A stretch of 64,000 nucleotides of DNA, from contig JAXLNO010000539.1 in the NCBI GenBank assembly GCA_038087875.1, positions 1 through 64,000 of the forward strand. Direction: 5' to 3'. This document shows, in pieces, positions 22,508 through 34,172 of this stretch (the stretch's first letter is position 1; each line of letters starts with the position of its first letter). The DNA is from Malacoraja senta. Lineage: Eukaryota. Under the pieces are notes generated by a model. That model was not told the origin of the DNA. It did not search any database and saw only the letters and a list, made by a program, of their open reading frames with translations. The translations under genes were made by a program, and so were the position numbers.

Positions 22508-24098
22508 CTTGTGGCAGAAGATTTGGGATGTTAGAGCCATACAGTGAGGAAACAGGCCCTTTGGCCCAACTTGCCCACACTGGCCAACATAGTCCCACCT
22601 CCCCACGTTTCCAAACCTATGGTATCCATGTACCTGTCTAACTGTTTCTAAAACATTGGGATAGTCCCAGCCCCAACTACCTCTGGCAGCTCGTTCCAGG
22701 CACCCACCACCCTTTCTGTGAAAAAATTAGTATAACTTGGCAACGTTTAAATGAGATATGCGGGGCAAGTTTGTTTTTTAACACAGAGGGTAGTGGGGTG
22801 CCTGGAACATCCTGCCGGGGTTGAAGCAGATACCACAGTGACGCAATCCCTTTACGTCTTTGGGACGTGGGAGGAAACCCAGGCGGGTCACAGAAAGAAT
22901 GTACAGGCAACGCCCATAGTCAGGATCCAACCTGGGTCTCTGGCAAAGAGTTGAAGTCAGACACAAAAGGCTGGAGTAACTCAGCGGGACAGGCAGCATC
23001 TCTGGAGAGAAGGAACGGGTGACATTTCAGGTCGAGGCCGCTACAGCCGTCTGTGGCAAAGAATTCCGCAGATTCACCACCCTCTGAGTAAAGAAATTCC
23101 TCCTCATCTCCTTCCTAAAAGAACGTCCTTTAATTCTGAGGCTGTGGCCTCTGGTCCTAGACTCTCCCACTGGTGGAAACATCCTCTCCACATCCACTCT
23201 ATCCAGGCCTTTCGCTATTCGGTAACTTTCAATGAGGTCCCCTTCCAACCCCCCCCTCCCCCCATCCTTCTAAACTCCAGGTGTACAGGACCAGCGCCCT
23301 CAAACGCTCATCGTATGTTAACCCCACTCATTCTCGTAAACCTCCTCTGGACCCTCTCCAGAGCCAGCACACATCCCTCCTCAGGTATGGTGCCCAAAAC
23401 TGCTCACAATGGAGGACACGGCGAGGGTGGGGGGGCATGAGGGAGGACAAAGGGGGGACTGGCACGGGAATTTGTTTATTTGTCGGCCCCCTTTACGTGG
23501 CGACTATTCGCATACCTTGTGTGACTTCTCACGTGTGACAATGAAGTATTCAAATGCGGGGTGGTGGTCCGATCGTGCCCGGAGGGCGGGTGTATGTACA
23601 TGCGTGCGACGGAGGAGTGGCGGTGGGATCTATCAGAAGCGCAGCATCCCCAGAGCCATCTCCATCATTAAGGACCCTTACCACCCATCCCACCACATCT
23701 CCTCCATTCTGCCATCTGGGAAGAGGTACGGGAGCATCTGCTGCAGAACCAGCAGGATGCTACACAGCTTCTTCCCACAGGCAATAAAACTGGTTAACGG
23801 ACTGTGTCCCCTCCCCATACATCATACACCAACACATCTAACCTCGCCCAAACTTTGACGGCTAGGCCCCTGTCAAAGCAAGGCCACTGTCTGTTTTTAG
23901 TTCAATTTTTAGGTCTAGTTTAGATATGTTAATTTTAAAGTTGTATGTATTTATTCTGCTTTTATTAACTGCACTGACAGGAACTGATTGAGAAACAATG
24001 TTCCGTTTCTTCTGTGTATGTAAGTACTCAGTGAAAATGACATTAAAGTAAATACTGAATACTGGGAAGGCTGACCCCTCAAAGTCTTGCTTCGCCAG

Positions 24099-24239
24099 GT
24101 CAGCGTGAAGCCGATGGCGGTCGTGCTGGAGAAGATGAAGATGCCCCCGCCAGCGGTGGAAGAGCAGGAGACGGAGGAGAAGATGGAGGTGGAGGTGGAG
24201 CGGCCACGTCGCTTCGTCGCCCCCCCTCCGGAGGCCAAG
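24099..24239 (+). CDS. Uncharacterised gene exon 4 (VSVKPMAVVLEKMK...PPPEAK)
   Basis: TTCGCCAG acceptor, AAG|GTCAGT donor, 141 nt, phase 0-0, GC3-rich codons. Confidence 0.75.
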
Positions 24240-24245
24240 GTCAGT

Positions 24246-24560
24246 GGCGGTCACGGTGGCGCAGCGGTAGAGCTGCCGTCTCACGGCGGACGCGGCGCCG
24301 GACACCCGGGTTCGATCCCGACTGCGGGCGCTGTCTGTACGGAGTTTGCACGTTCTCCCCCGTGACCCGCGTGGGTTTTCTCCGAGACCTTCGGTTTCCG
24401 CCCACACTCTACAGACGTGCAGGTTTGTAGGTTAATTGGTGTTGGTGTAAATGTAAAAAATGTCCCTCGTGGGTGTAGGGATAGCGTTAGTGTGCGGGGA
24501 TCACTGGTCGGCGCAGACCCGGTGGGCCGAAGGGCCTGTTTCTGTGCTGTATCTCTAAAC
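24246..24560 (+). mobile_element. Full-length HE1/V-SINE
   Basis: A box TGGCGCAGCGG, B box GGTTCGATCC, V-domain, CR1-like tail; about 20 further copies or fragments in the window. Confidence 0.9.
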
Positions 24561-24596
24561 AATGCCCGGTGCACAGCGGCTTGAGTTCAGTTCAAT

Positions 24597-25345
24597 AGAC
24601 AATAGATGCAGGAGTAGGCCATTCGGCCCTTCGAGCCAGCACCGCCATTCAATGTGAACATGGCTGATCATCCCCAATCAGTACCCCGTTCCTGCCTTCT
24701 CCCCATATCCCCTGACTCCGCTATCTTTAAGAGCCCTATCTAGCTCTCTCTTGAAAGCATCCAGAGAACCGGCCTCCACCGCCCTCTGAGGCAGAGAATT
24801 CCACAGACTCACCACTCTCTGTGAGAAAAAGTGTTTCCTCGTCTCCGTTCAAAATGGCTTTCTCCTTATTCTTAAACTGTGGCCCCTGGTTCTGGATTCC
24901 CCCAACATCGGGAACATGTTTCCTGCCTCTAGCGTGTCCAAGCCCTTAACAATCTTATATGTTTCAATGAGATATCCTCTCATCCTTCTAAACTCCAGAG
25001 TGTACAAGCCCCAGCTGCTCCATTCTCTCAGCATATGACAGTCCCGCCATCCCAGGAATTAACCTTGTAAACCTACGCTGCACTCCCTCAATAGCAAGAA
25101 TGTCCTTCCTCAAATTAGGGGACCAAAACTGCACACAATACTCCAGGTGTGGTCTCACTAGGGCCCTGTACAAGGCAGAAGGACCTCTTTGCTCCTATAT
25201 TCGATTCCTCTTGTTATAAAGGCCAACATGCCATTCGCTTTCTTCACTGACTGCTGTACCTGCATGCTTACTTTCATAGACTGATGTACAAGGACCCCCA
25301 GATCCCGTTGTACTTCCCCTTTTCCCAACTTGACACCATTTAGAT
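24597..25345 (-). mobile_element. CR1 LINE 3' end
   Basis: YRALVRPHLEYCVQFWSP...SRTRGHSL. Confidence 0.92.
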
Positions 25346-27039
25346 AGTTCAGTCTAGTTTAGTTTATTGTCACGTGTACTGAGGTACAGTGAAAAGCTCT
25401 TGTTGTGTTCTAACCGCTGCCTCTCTAAGACTTTGGAGATTGGCCCCCCCCCCCCCCCCTACAAGCTCTATGGGGGGGGGGGGGGAGAGACCAAACCTTA
25501 CTTTTCCAGGTGGGGGCCGCACGGTGGTGCAGCGGGTAGAGCCACTGCCTCACGACTCCAACCATGACTGACTTTTAGACTTGGGACATACAGCGCGGAG
25601 ACGGGCCCAATCAGCCCGCCGAGTCCGCGCCGACCAGCGCCAACTAACCTACAAACCTGCACGCCGTTGGAGTGGTGGGTGTGTGGGAGGAAACCGAAGA
25701 TATCGCAGAAAACCCACGGGGAGAGCGTACAAACTCCGTACAGACAGCGCCCGTTGTTGAACCCTTGGTTATATTTGATAGGACGTGGGGAAGATTTAGT
25801 CAACATTTTCACACGACATAAACTGTCCCCTCTCCAACTTATAATATATTTTTTTTTACTGGTATACGGACTTGATGACAAACAAGGACTTAAATTGTTG
25901 AAACTCTTTGCAGCCCAGATTCTGTTTTTCTTTCTTTTCTTTTTCTTCTTTAGTTTAGGGGGGGTTTTGTTTTTATCTCTTTTTATCTTTTAGTTTTTAT
26001 ACATACAAGTTCTCTTTTAAACACTTAACTATATTTACATCGAGACCGGGAGGTAAATATACACAAATTCAATGTGTATTTTGACACTGGACTCATATTT
26101 AGGTTAGGTAGACAAAAGTGCTGGAGAAACTCAGCGGGTGCAGCAGCATCTATGGAGCGAAGGAAATAGGCAACGTTTCGGGCCGAAAGCCTTCTTCAGA
26201 CTCTATTAGTTTAGTTTGCAGCGCCAGAGACCCCGGTTCGATCCCAACTACGGGCGCTGTCTGTACGGAGTTTGTACGTTCTCCCCGTGACCCGCGTGGG
26301 TTTTCCCCCGAGATCTTCGGTTTTCCTCCCACACTCTAAAGACGTGCCGGTTTGTAGGTTCATTGGCTTGGGCTTGTATACTTGGTGTAGGTGTAAATTG
26401 TCGCGAGTGTGTGTGTAGGCTTGTGATCGCTGGTCGGTGCGGACTCGGTGGCCGAAGGGCCTGTATCTCTAAACTAAACTAAACTAATAGTCTGAAGAAG
26501 GGTTTTGGTCCGAAACGTTGCCTATTTCCTTCGCTCCATAGATGCTGCTGCACCCGCTGAGTTTCTCCAGCACTTTTGTCTACCTTCGATTTTCCAGCAT
26601 CTGCAGTTCCTTCTTAATCATATTTCGGTTATACCTGCCATTAATGTAACCCTGATCCCGATGTATCAATATCACTGATATCATTACTTTTTTGTTTTTT
26701 GCTTTTGAAAAAAACGAATAAAAAGATTTTAAAAGAAAGAAAGAAAGAAAGAGAGAGACAGCGCCCATAGCCGGGATCGAACCTGGGTCTCTGGCGCTGT
26801 AAGGCAGCAACTCCACCGTTGTGTTACCCTGCCGGAGATTGGGGTGGGTTACCGGCTCTAGGGGGGGGGGGGCGACCAAACCTTGCTCTACAGGTGGGGG
26901 CAAGACTTTACCTTGCACTGAACGTTGTACCCTGTATCTGTGCAGCTTGTTATCGTGTGTAGCCTTCCCGCTGACTGGATAGCACGCAAACTCGGTACAC
27001 GTGGCATTAATAAACTGAGCTGGACGGACACTAAAGTCT

Positions 27040-27643
27040 TCTTTAGTGTCCAGAGGATGTACTTCCTGCGGCAGCTGAGGAAGCACAATCTGCCACAGGC
27101 AATGATGGTCCAATTCTACACGGCCATCGTAGAGTCTGTCCTCACCTTCTCCATCATGGTCTGGTTTGGCCCAAGCACGACACCTGGAGGCTGCAGCGAA
27201 TCGTCCGATCAGCTGAGAAGGTTATTGGCTGCAACCTTCCCTCCATTGATGAACTGTACACTGCAAGGGCCAGGAAGCGAGCGGGCAAGATCATCTCTGA
27301 CCCCTCTCACCTTGGCCACAAACTCTTTGAATCACTTCCCTCTGGAAGGCGACTCCGGACTGTCAAAGCTGCCACAGCCAGACATAAAAACAGTTTTTAT
27401 CCACGAGTAGTTGCTCTACTCAACAGCCAAAAATCTGTAGCCTCCCTTTGATCTGGTATTTTTGTTAGTTCACATCCTTGATCAATGGTGTTTTATCATT
27501 AATGTTTTATTATTATTAATGTTCAGTGTTTTCTGAGTCATTCGTAACTGTCACTGTGTGTCATGTTGTTACTTGTGGGTGGAGCACCAAGGCAAATTCC
27601 TTGTATGTGAATACTTGGCCAATAAACTTATTACTTACTTACT
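27040..27643 (+). mobile_element. Rex/Babar LINE 3' end with (TTAC)n tail
   Basis: QRMYFLRQLRK..FYTAIVESVLT; AATAAACTTATTACTTACTTAC end. Confidence 0.85.
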
Positions 27644-27661
27644 GTCTGTCTTGCTTTCAAG

Positions 27662-27784
27662 CCGGACTTGAGGTCAATGAGGTCCAGCCTTCAGAAGCTG
27701 CGGGAGAAAGTTCCGGAAGAGCCGGTGAGAAGGTTTTCACGGAGCGAAGTGCCAAGGATACCAGCGAGACGTCCCAAGCCACAG
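27662..27784 (+). CDS. Uncharacterised gene exon 5 ([16 protein letters not shown]...RRPKPQ)
   Basis: TCTTGCTTTCAAG acceptor, CAG|GTAATC donor, 123 nt, phase 0-0. Confidence 0.68.
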
Positions 27785-27804
27785 GTAATCCTTCCTCGGC
27801 CTTC

Positions 27805-28034
27805 AACACACACGCGCATGTGCACACACGCACAGAGACGGGCAGGCACACACACACACACACGCACGCAAGGAGACAGACACACACACAGACAGACAGG
27901 CACACACGTATGTACATGCAAAGACAGACAGACGGGGACACACAGACACACACACGCAGGCAGGCAAGCAGAGAGACAGACACACACAGACAGACAAACA
28001 CACCCATCCGCACACGCATAGATAGCCACAAGCG

Positions 28035-28107
<73 letters not shown>

Positions 28108-29728
28108 AGGCAGCCAGACACACGCAGGCAGAGACATACACACACAGACAGACACACAGGCACGCACACACATGCATACAAATACGCACAGACAGACAGA
28201 CTGGCACACACACAGACAGACAGACTGGCACACACACAGGCAGGCAGAGAGACAGACACACGGACAAACACGCCCATACGCACACGCAGACAGACAAGCA
28301 CAAACACAAACAGGCAGGCAGAGACAGACACACACAGACAGGCAGACAGAGAGACCGACACACACAGACAGACACACGCTTGTGCATAGACACACGGACA
28401 CAGACACCCAGGGATACACACACTCAGATACACAGAGACAGGTAGACAGACACAGGCAGGCACACACACACACGCGCGCCCACACACACACACGCGCGCC
28501 CACACACACACGCGCGCCCACACACACACACGCGCCCACACACACACACGCGCGCCCACACACACACACGCGCGCCCACACACACACACGCGCCCACACA
28601 CACACACACGCCCACACACACGCCCACACACGCGCCCACCCACACACACACGCGCGCACACACACACGCGCCCACATACACGCGCACACACACACACGCC
28701 CACACACACACACACACACACATGCCCACACACGCGCCCACCCACACACACACGCGCCCACATACACGCGCACACACACACACGCCTACACACACACACA
28801 CACGCCCACACACACACGCCCACACAAACGCCTACACACATGCACACACGCCCACACACACGCCCATACACACACGCACATACACACACGCCCATACACA
28901 TACACACACACACACGCCCATATACACACACACACACGCCCATACACACACACACGCCCATACACACACACACGCCCATACACACACACACATACACACA
29001 CACACACACATGCCCATATACACACACACACACACGCCCATACACACACACGCCCATACATACACACACACACGCCCATACATACACACACACACGCCCA
29101 TATACACACACACACACGCCCATATACACACACACACACGCCCATACACACACACACGCCCATACATACACACACACACGCCCATACATACACACACACA
29201 CGCCCATACACACACACGCCCATACATACACACACACACGCCCATATACACACACACACACGCCCATACATACACACACACACGCCCATATACACACACA
29301 CACACGCCCATACACACACACACACACGCCCATACACACACACACACACGCCCATATACACACACACACACGCCCATACACACACACACGCCCATATACA
29401 CACACACACACGCCCATACATACACACACACACGCCCATACACACACACACACACGCCCATATACACACACACACACGCCCATACACACACACACGCCCA
29501 TATACACACACGCCCATATACACACACACGCCCATATACACACACGCCCACACACACACGCCCATACATACACATACACACACACACACACACGCCCATA
29601 CATACACACACACACACACACGCCCATATACACACACGCCCATATACACACACGCCCATATACACACACGCCCACACACACACGCCCATATACACACACA
29701 CACACACACGCCCACACACACATACACA

Positions 29729-29765
<37 letters not shown>
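27805..29765. repeat. ~2 kb compound CA-rich micro/minisatellite (CAGA, CACGCGCC, CGCCCATAY(AC)n zones)
   Basis: Directly visible; source of the His/Thr and Cys/Val pseudo-ORFs. Confidence 0.97.
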
Positions 29766-29770
<5 letters not shown>

Positions 29771-29849
29771 GGGATCTATCCCGGGGACTCTGGAGCCACG
29801 TGAAGTGTCACGACCCATTGCGCCGCTGTCGTGGCGCTACTTCAGCTGA
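29766..29849 (+). CDS. Probable last coding exon of the uncharacterised gene (RLGSIPG...SWRYFS*)
   Basis: CAG acceptor straight after the CA array, unique sequence, phase-0 reading ends at TGA; weak acceptor. Confidence 0.4.
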
Positions 29850-29999
29850 CTGGCGTTGAGTGAACTTCAACCTCTGCTTTACAACACAACAGTACAGCAC
29901 GGGGTCAGGCCCTTCGGCCCACAATGTCCGTGCCGAACACGACGCCAAGTTAAACTGATCTCGTCTGCCTGCATGTGATCCTTGTCCCTCCATTCCCTG

Positions 30000-30070
30000 C
30001 ATATCCATGGGCCTCCATATCCATGGGCCTCCATATCCATGGGCCTCCATATCCATGGGCCTCCATATCC
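30000..30070. repeat. 16-bp tandem repeat CATATCCATGGGCCTC x4
   Basis: Directly visible inside a LINE tail. Confidence 0.9.
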
Positions 30071-30884
30071 AAAAGCCTGTTATAACGCCACTGTCATATC
30101 TACCTCCACCCTTTGTGTAAAAAAAAACTTGCCTCCTTTAAACTTTGCCCAACTCACCTTAAAGCTGCGCCCTCTAGTGCCTGGGGGTAAAAAGACTCTG
30201 ACTGTCTACCCTGTCTATGCCTCTCATCACTTCAGAAGATCATGTGATAGGATTAGAATTAGGCCATTCGGCCCATCAAGCCTACTCCGCCATTCAACCA
30301 TGCCTGATCTATCTCTCCCTCCTAACCTTCTCCCCGTAACCCCTGACACCCGCACTAATCAAGAATCTATCTATCTCTGCCTTAAAAATATCCACTGACT
30401 TGTGGCCTCCACAGCCGTCTGTGGCAAAGAATTCCACAGATTCACCGCCCCTTGACTAAAGAAATTCCTCCTCATCTCCTTCCGAAAAGAACGTCCTTTA
30501 ATTCTGAGGCTGTGCCCTCTGGTCCTAGACTCTCCCACTAGTGGAAACATCCTCTCCACATCCACTCCATCCAAGCCTTTCTCTATTTGGCACGTTTTTC
30601 AATGAAGTCCCCCCCCCCCCATCCTTCTAAACTCCAGCGAGTACAGGCCCAGCGCCGACAAACGCTCATCGTACGTGAACCCACTCGTTCCTGGGATCGT
30701 TCTGGTGAAACCTCCTCTGGACCCTCTCCAGAGCCGGCACATCCTTCCTCAGATATGGGAACCGGAATTGCTCACAATGCCAGTCCTACGGTGGTCGTGC
30801 GTGGTCCGAACTGACTCGACTCCCCCCCCCCCCCCCCCCCACACACACAGGTAGGTCGAGGGAGGCGTCTCTCCTGCTCCGTGG

Positions 30885-31084
30885 NNNNNNNNNNNNNNNN
30901 NNNNNNNNNNNNNNNNNNNNNNNNNNNNNNNNNNNNNNNNNNNNNNNNNNNNNNNNNNNNNNNNNNNNNNNNNNNNNNNNNNNNNNNNNNNNNNNNNNNN
31001 NNNNNNNNNNNNNNNNNNNNNNNNNNNNNNNNNNNNNNNNNNNNNNNNNNNNNNNNNNNNNNNNNNNNNNNNNNNNNNNNNNNN
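30885..31084. other. Assembly gap (200 N)
   Basis: Run of N. Confidence 1.
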
Positions 31085-31392
31085 CTGCCTCACAGCGACG
31101 GAGACCCGGGTTCCATCCTGACCACGGGTACCGTCTGCACGCAGTCTGTACCATCTCCCCGTGACCACGTGGGTTTTCTCCGGGAGCTCCGGATTCCTCC
31201 CACACTCCAGGGTCGTAGGTGAATTGGCTTCGGTAAAGATTGCAAATTGTCTCCCCCCCCCCCCCCGTGTGTTAGGATAACGCTAGTGGGCGGGGATCGC
31301 TGGTCGGCGCGGACTCGGTGGGCCGAAGGGCCTGTTTTTCCGCGCTGTATCTCTAAACCAAACTAAGGGTCCCGATCCGAAACGTCACCTCG

Positions 31393-31696
31393 CCACGTTC
31401 TCCAGAGATGCTGCCCGTCCCGCTGAGTTACTCTATCCACGTTCTCCACAGATGCTGCCCGTCCCGCTGAGTTACTCTATCCACGTTCTCCAGAGATGCT
31501 GCCCGTCCCGCTGAGTTACTCTATCCACGTTCTCCACAGATGCTGCCCGTCCCGCTGAGTTACTCTATCCACGTTCTCCAGAGATGCTGCCCGTCCCGCT
31601 GAGTTACTCTATCCACGTTCTCCAGAGATGCTGCCCGTCCTGCTGAGTTACTCTATCCACGTTCTCCACAGATGCTGCCCGTCCTGCTGAGTTACT
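31393..31696 (+). repeat. 44-bp tandem repeat x7 derived from a Penelope terminal repeat
   Basis: CCACGTTCTCCASAGATGCTGCCCGTCCYGCTGAGTTACTCTAT at 44-bp spacing. Confidence 0.95.
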
Positions 31697-33542
31697 ACAG
31701 CGTTTGTGTCTTTCCTCACCATTGAGCAGTGCTCTCGGCCGCCATCTTAACAGGCGGCAACCAACATGGATGGCACTGTTCGCCCAACGCATTTCCGCTT
31801 GGAGATAAAATGTTTTAAGAAGGAACTGCAGCTGCTGGAAAAATCGAAGGTAGACAAAAAAGCTGGAGAAACCCAGCGGGTGAGGCAGCATCTATGGAGC
31901 GAAGGAATTTGCTCCATAGATGCTGCCTCACCCGCTCAATTTCTCCAGCATTTTTGTCTACCTCCGATTGTGGATAGCTATGTAGCTTAGTTGTAGATAG
32001 ATGCGGATTGTAAATCCATTTAGTTCCTTACTGTCACGTGTACCGAGGTACAGTGAAAAGCTTTTTGTCGCATGCTATCCAGTCAGCGGAAAATCCATGC
32101 ATGATTTTCCAGTCAGTCCTACCAGCCTCACAATTAGTCACACTATCATCAGCCAAACGGAATATTTTTGGCACCTTCTGTATTCAAAGGAAGATAGTCC
32201 ATTGTCTCACAGCACCTCGGGCAGCTCACACCCCAGCGGTACGAACATTGACCTCTCTAACTTCAAGTAACCCTTGCTTTCCCTCTCCCTCCATCCCCTC
32301 CCCCTTCCCAGTTCTCCGACCAGACTGACTGTCTCCGACCACATTTTATCTGCTTTGTTGTCGCCTTCTCCCAGCTAACAATCATCTATTCTCTACATTT
32401 TCCTTGATCTCCATCCACTTTGCCCTGTTTTCACACCTCACACTTCCTTATCTATCTATCTCCCTCCCCCCTCTAACGTCAGTCTGAAGAAGGGTCTCGA
32501 CCCGAAACGTCACCCATCCCTTCTCTCCAGAGACGCTGCCTGTCCCACTGAGTGACTCCAGCATTTAGTGTCTATCACCGTTAACAACACCTCGGATATC
32601 TCTGCTCCTTTGACAACTAATTCTTTGGCTTTGAGGACAGGACATTATGAAGTTCAATGTTGAAGATATCACCAGAAGGAATAATTTTTAAAATGTATAA
32701 ATATATTTTCTTATTCTATTTTTTTTAACCGAAATGTAGGATTTATTTAGCTTGCTTAAGTCATTTCTATGTGCTTTGAATTTTTATGAATATTGAGCAG
32801 TGCTGGGAGTGTAGAAACAAGGAACTGCAGATGCTGGTTTACCCCCCCCCCCCCAAAAGAGGCAAAGTGCTGGAGTACCTGAGCGGGTCGGGCAGCGAGA
32901 ACATGAAAGGGTCGGGACCCTTCTCCTGACTGGGGGTGGGGGAGGAGGGGGAGGGGGAGAAATGAGAGGCAGGGCACAGCCTGGCAATTTGGTAGCAGGA
33001 TAGACAAATGGCTATGAGATGAAAAGGCAGAATATGCGAGATAAAAGGATTGAAGAGCTGCGAATTGTGAAGCTAGAGGAAGGAATGCAGGTGGAAGGTG
33101 GGGAGAGAAATTGGTGTGAGTTCAGATGGGGCAGAGAGAAGTGAATGAAGGGGAGAGTTGTGGTAGAAAGTAGGGGGGGGGGAGTTTTATAGTTACCCAA
33201 ATTATCCACCTATCGCTCACCAGGCTTCGTCCTGCCCCCCTCCTCTCTTCCAGCTTTCTTTCTCCCCCTCCCCACCGCAAAGAAGGGTCCCGACCTGATA
33301 CGTCACCTATCCATGTTCTCCAGAGATGCTGCCTGACCCGCTGAGTTACTCCAGCACTTTGCGCCTTCCTTTGTAGAGCAAGAATGAGTTGGACCCTTGT
33401 CTATCGAGCGCAAAGATCTACACTTAGCCGTGTGGTTTGGAGTGGAGAATTTAAGTGCACTTGCTTAATTGAAGCCTTATTTCATGAAACATTTCCAATA
33501 TAAATTTTAATCCAGTGAAACTGGTTGAATCCAGTAAAACAT

Positions 33543-34172
33543 GCTAGAGGCAGGAAACATGTTCCCGATGTTGGGGGGAGTCCAGAACCAGGGGTCACGC
33601 TAGAGGCAGGAAACATGTTCCCGATGTTGGGGGGAGTCCAGAACCAGGGGTCACGCTAGAGGCAGGAAACATGTTCCCGATGTTGGGGGGAGTCCAGAAC
33701 CAGGGGTCACGCTAGAGGCAGGAAACATGTTCCCGATGTTGGGGGGAGTCCAGAACCAGGGGACACGCTAGAGGCAGGAAACATGTTCCCGATGTTGGGG
33801 GGAGTCCAGAACCAGGGGTCACGCTAGAGGCAGGAAACATGTTCCCGATGTGGGGGGAGTCCAGAACCAGGGGCCACACACACAGTTTAAGAATAAGGAG
33901 TAAGCCATTTAGAACGGAGACGAGGAAACCCTTTTTCTCACAGAGAGTGGTGAGTCTGTGGAATTCTCTGCCTCAGAGGGCGGTGGAGGCCGGTTCTCTG
34001 GATACTTTCAAGAGAGAACTAGATAGGGCTCTTAAAGATAGCAGAGTCAGGGGATATGGGGAGAAGGCAGGAACGGGGTACTGATTGGGGATGATCAGCC
34101 ATGATCACATTAAATGGCGGTGCGGGCTCGAATGGCCAAACAGCCTACTCCTGCACCTATTGTTTATTGTCT
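33543..34172 (+). mobile_element. CR1 3' end whose first 56 bp are reiterated six times
   Basis: Units at 33543, 33599, 33655, 33711, 33767 and 33823, the last continuing into the CR1 tail. Confidence 0.93.

Noticed and set aside
24246..24330. tRNA gene
   Set aside because: tRNA-derived SINE head continuing into the V-domain; many decayed copies
19705..29849. Assigning the plus-strand gene to CCDC86 or sororin (CDCA5) from RRSxRL-like N-termini
   Set aside because: No Cgr1-like coiled-coil or sororin FGF/C-terminal domain seen; the motif is not diagnostic
27526..29859. ORFs up to 700 aa (Cys/Val, His/Thr)
   Set aside because: CA/TG repeat artefacts
33553..33562. p53 site AAACATGTTC in CR1 repeats
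   Set aside because: Only a half-site per unit, 56 bp apart
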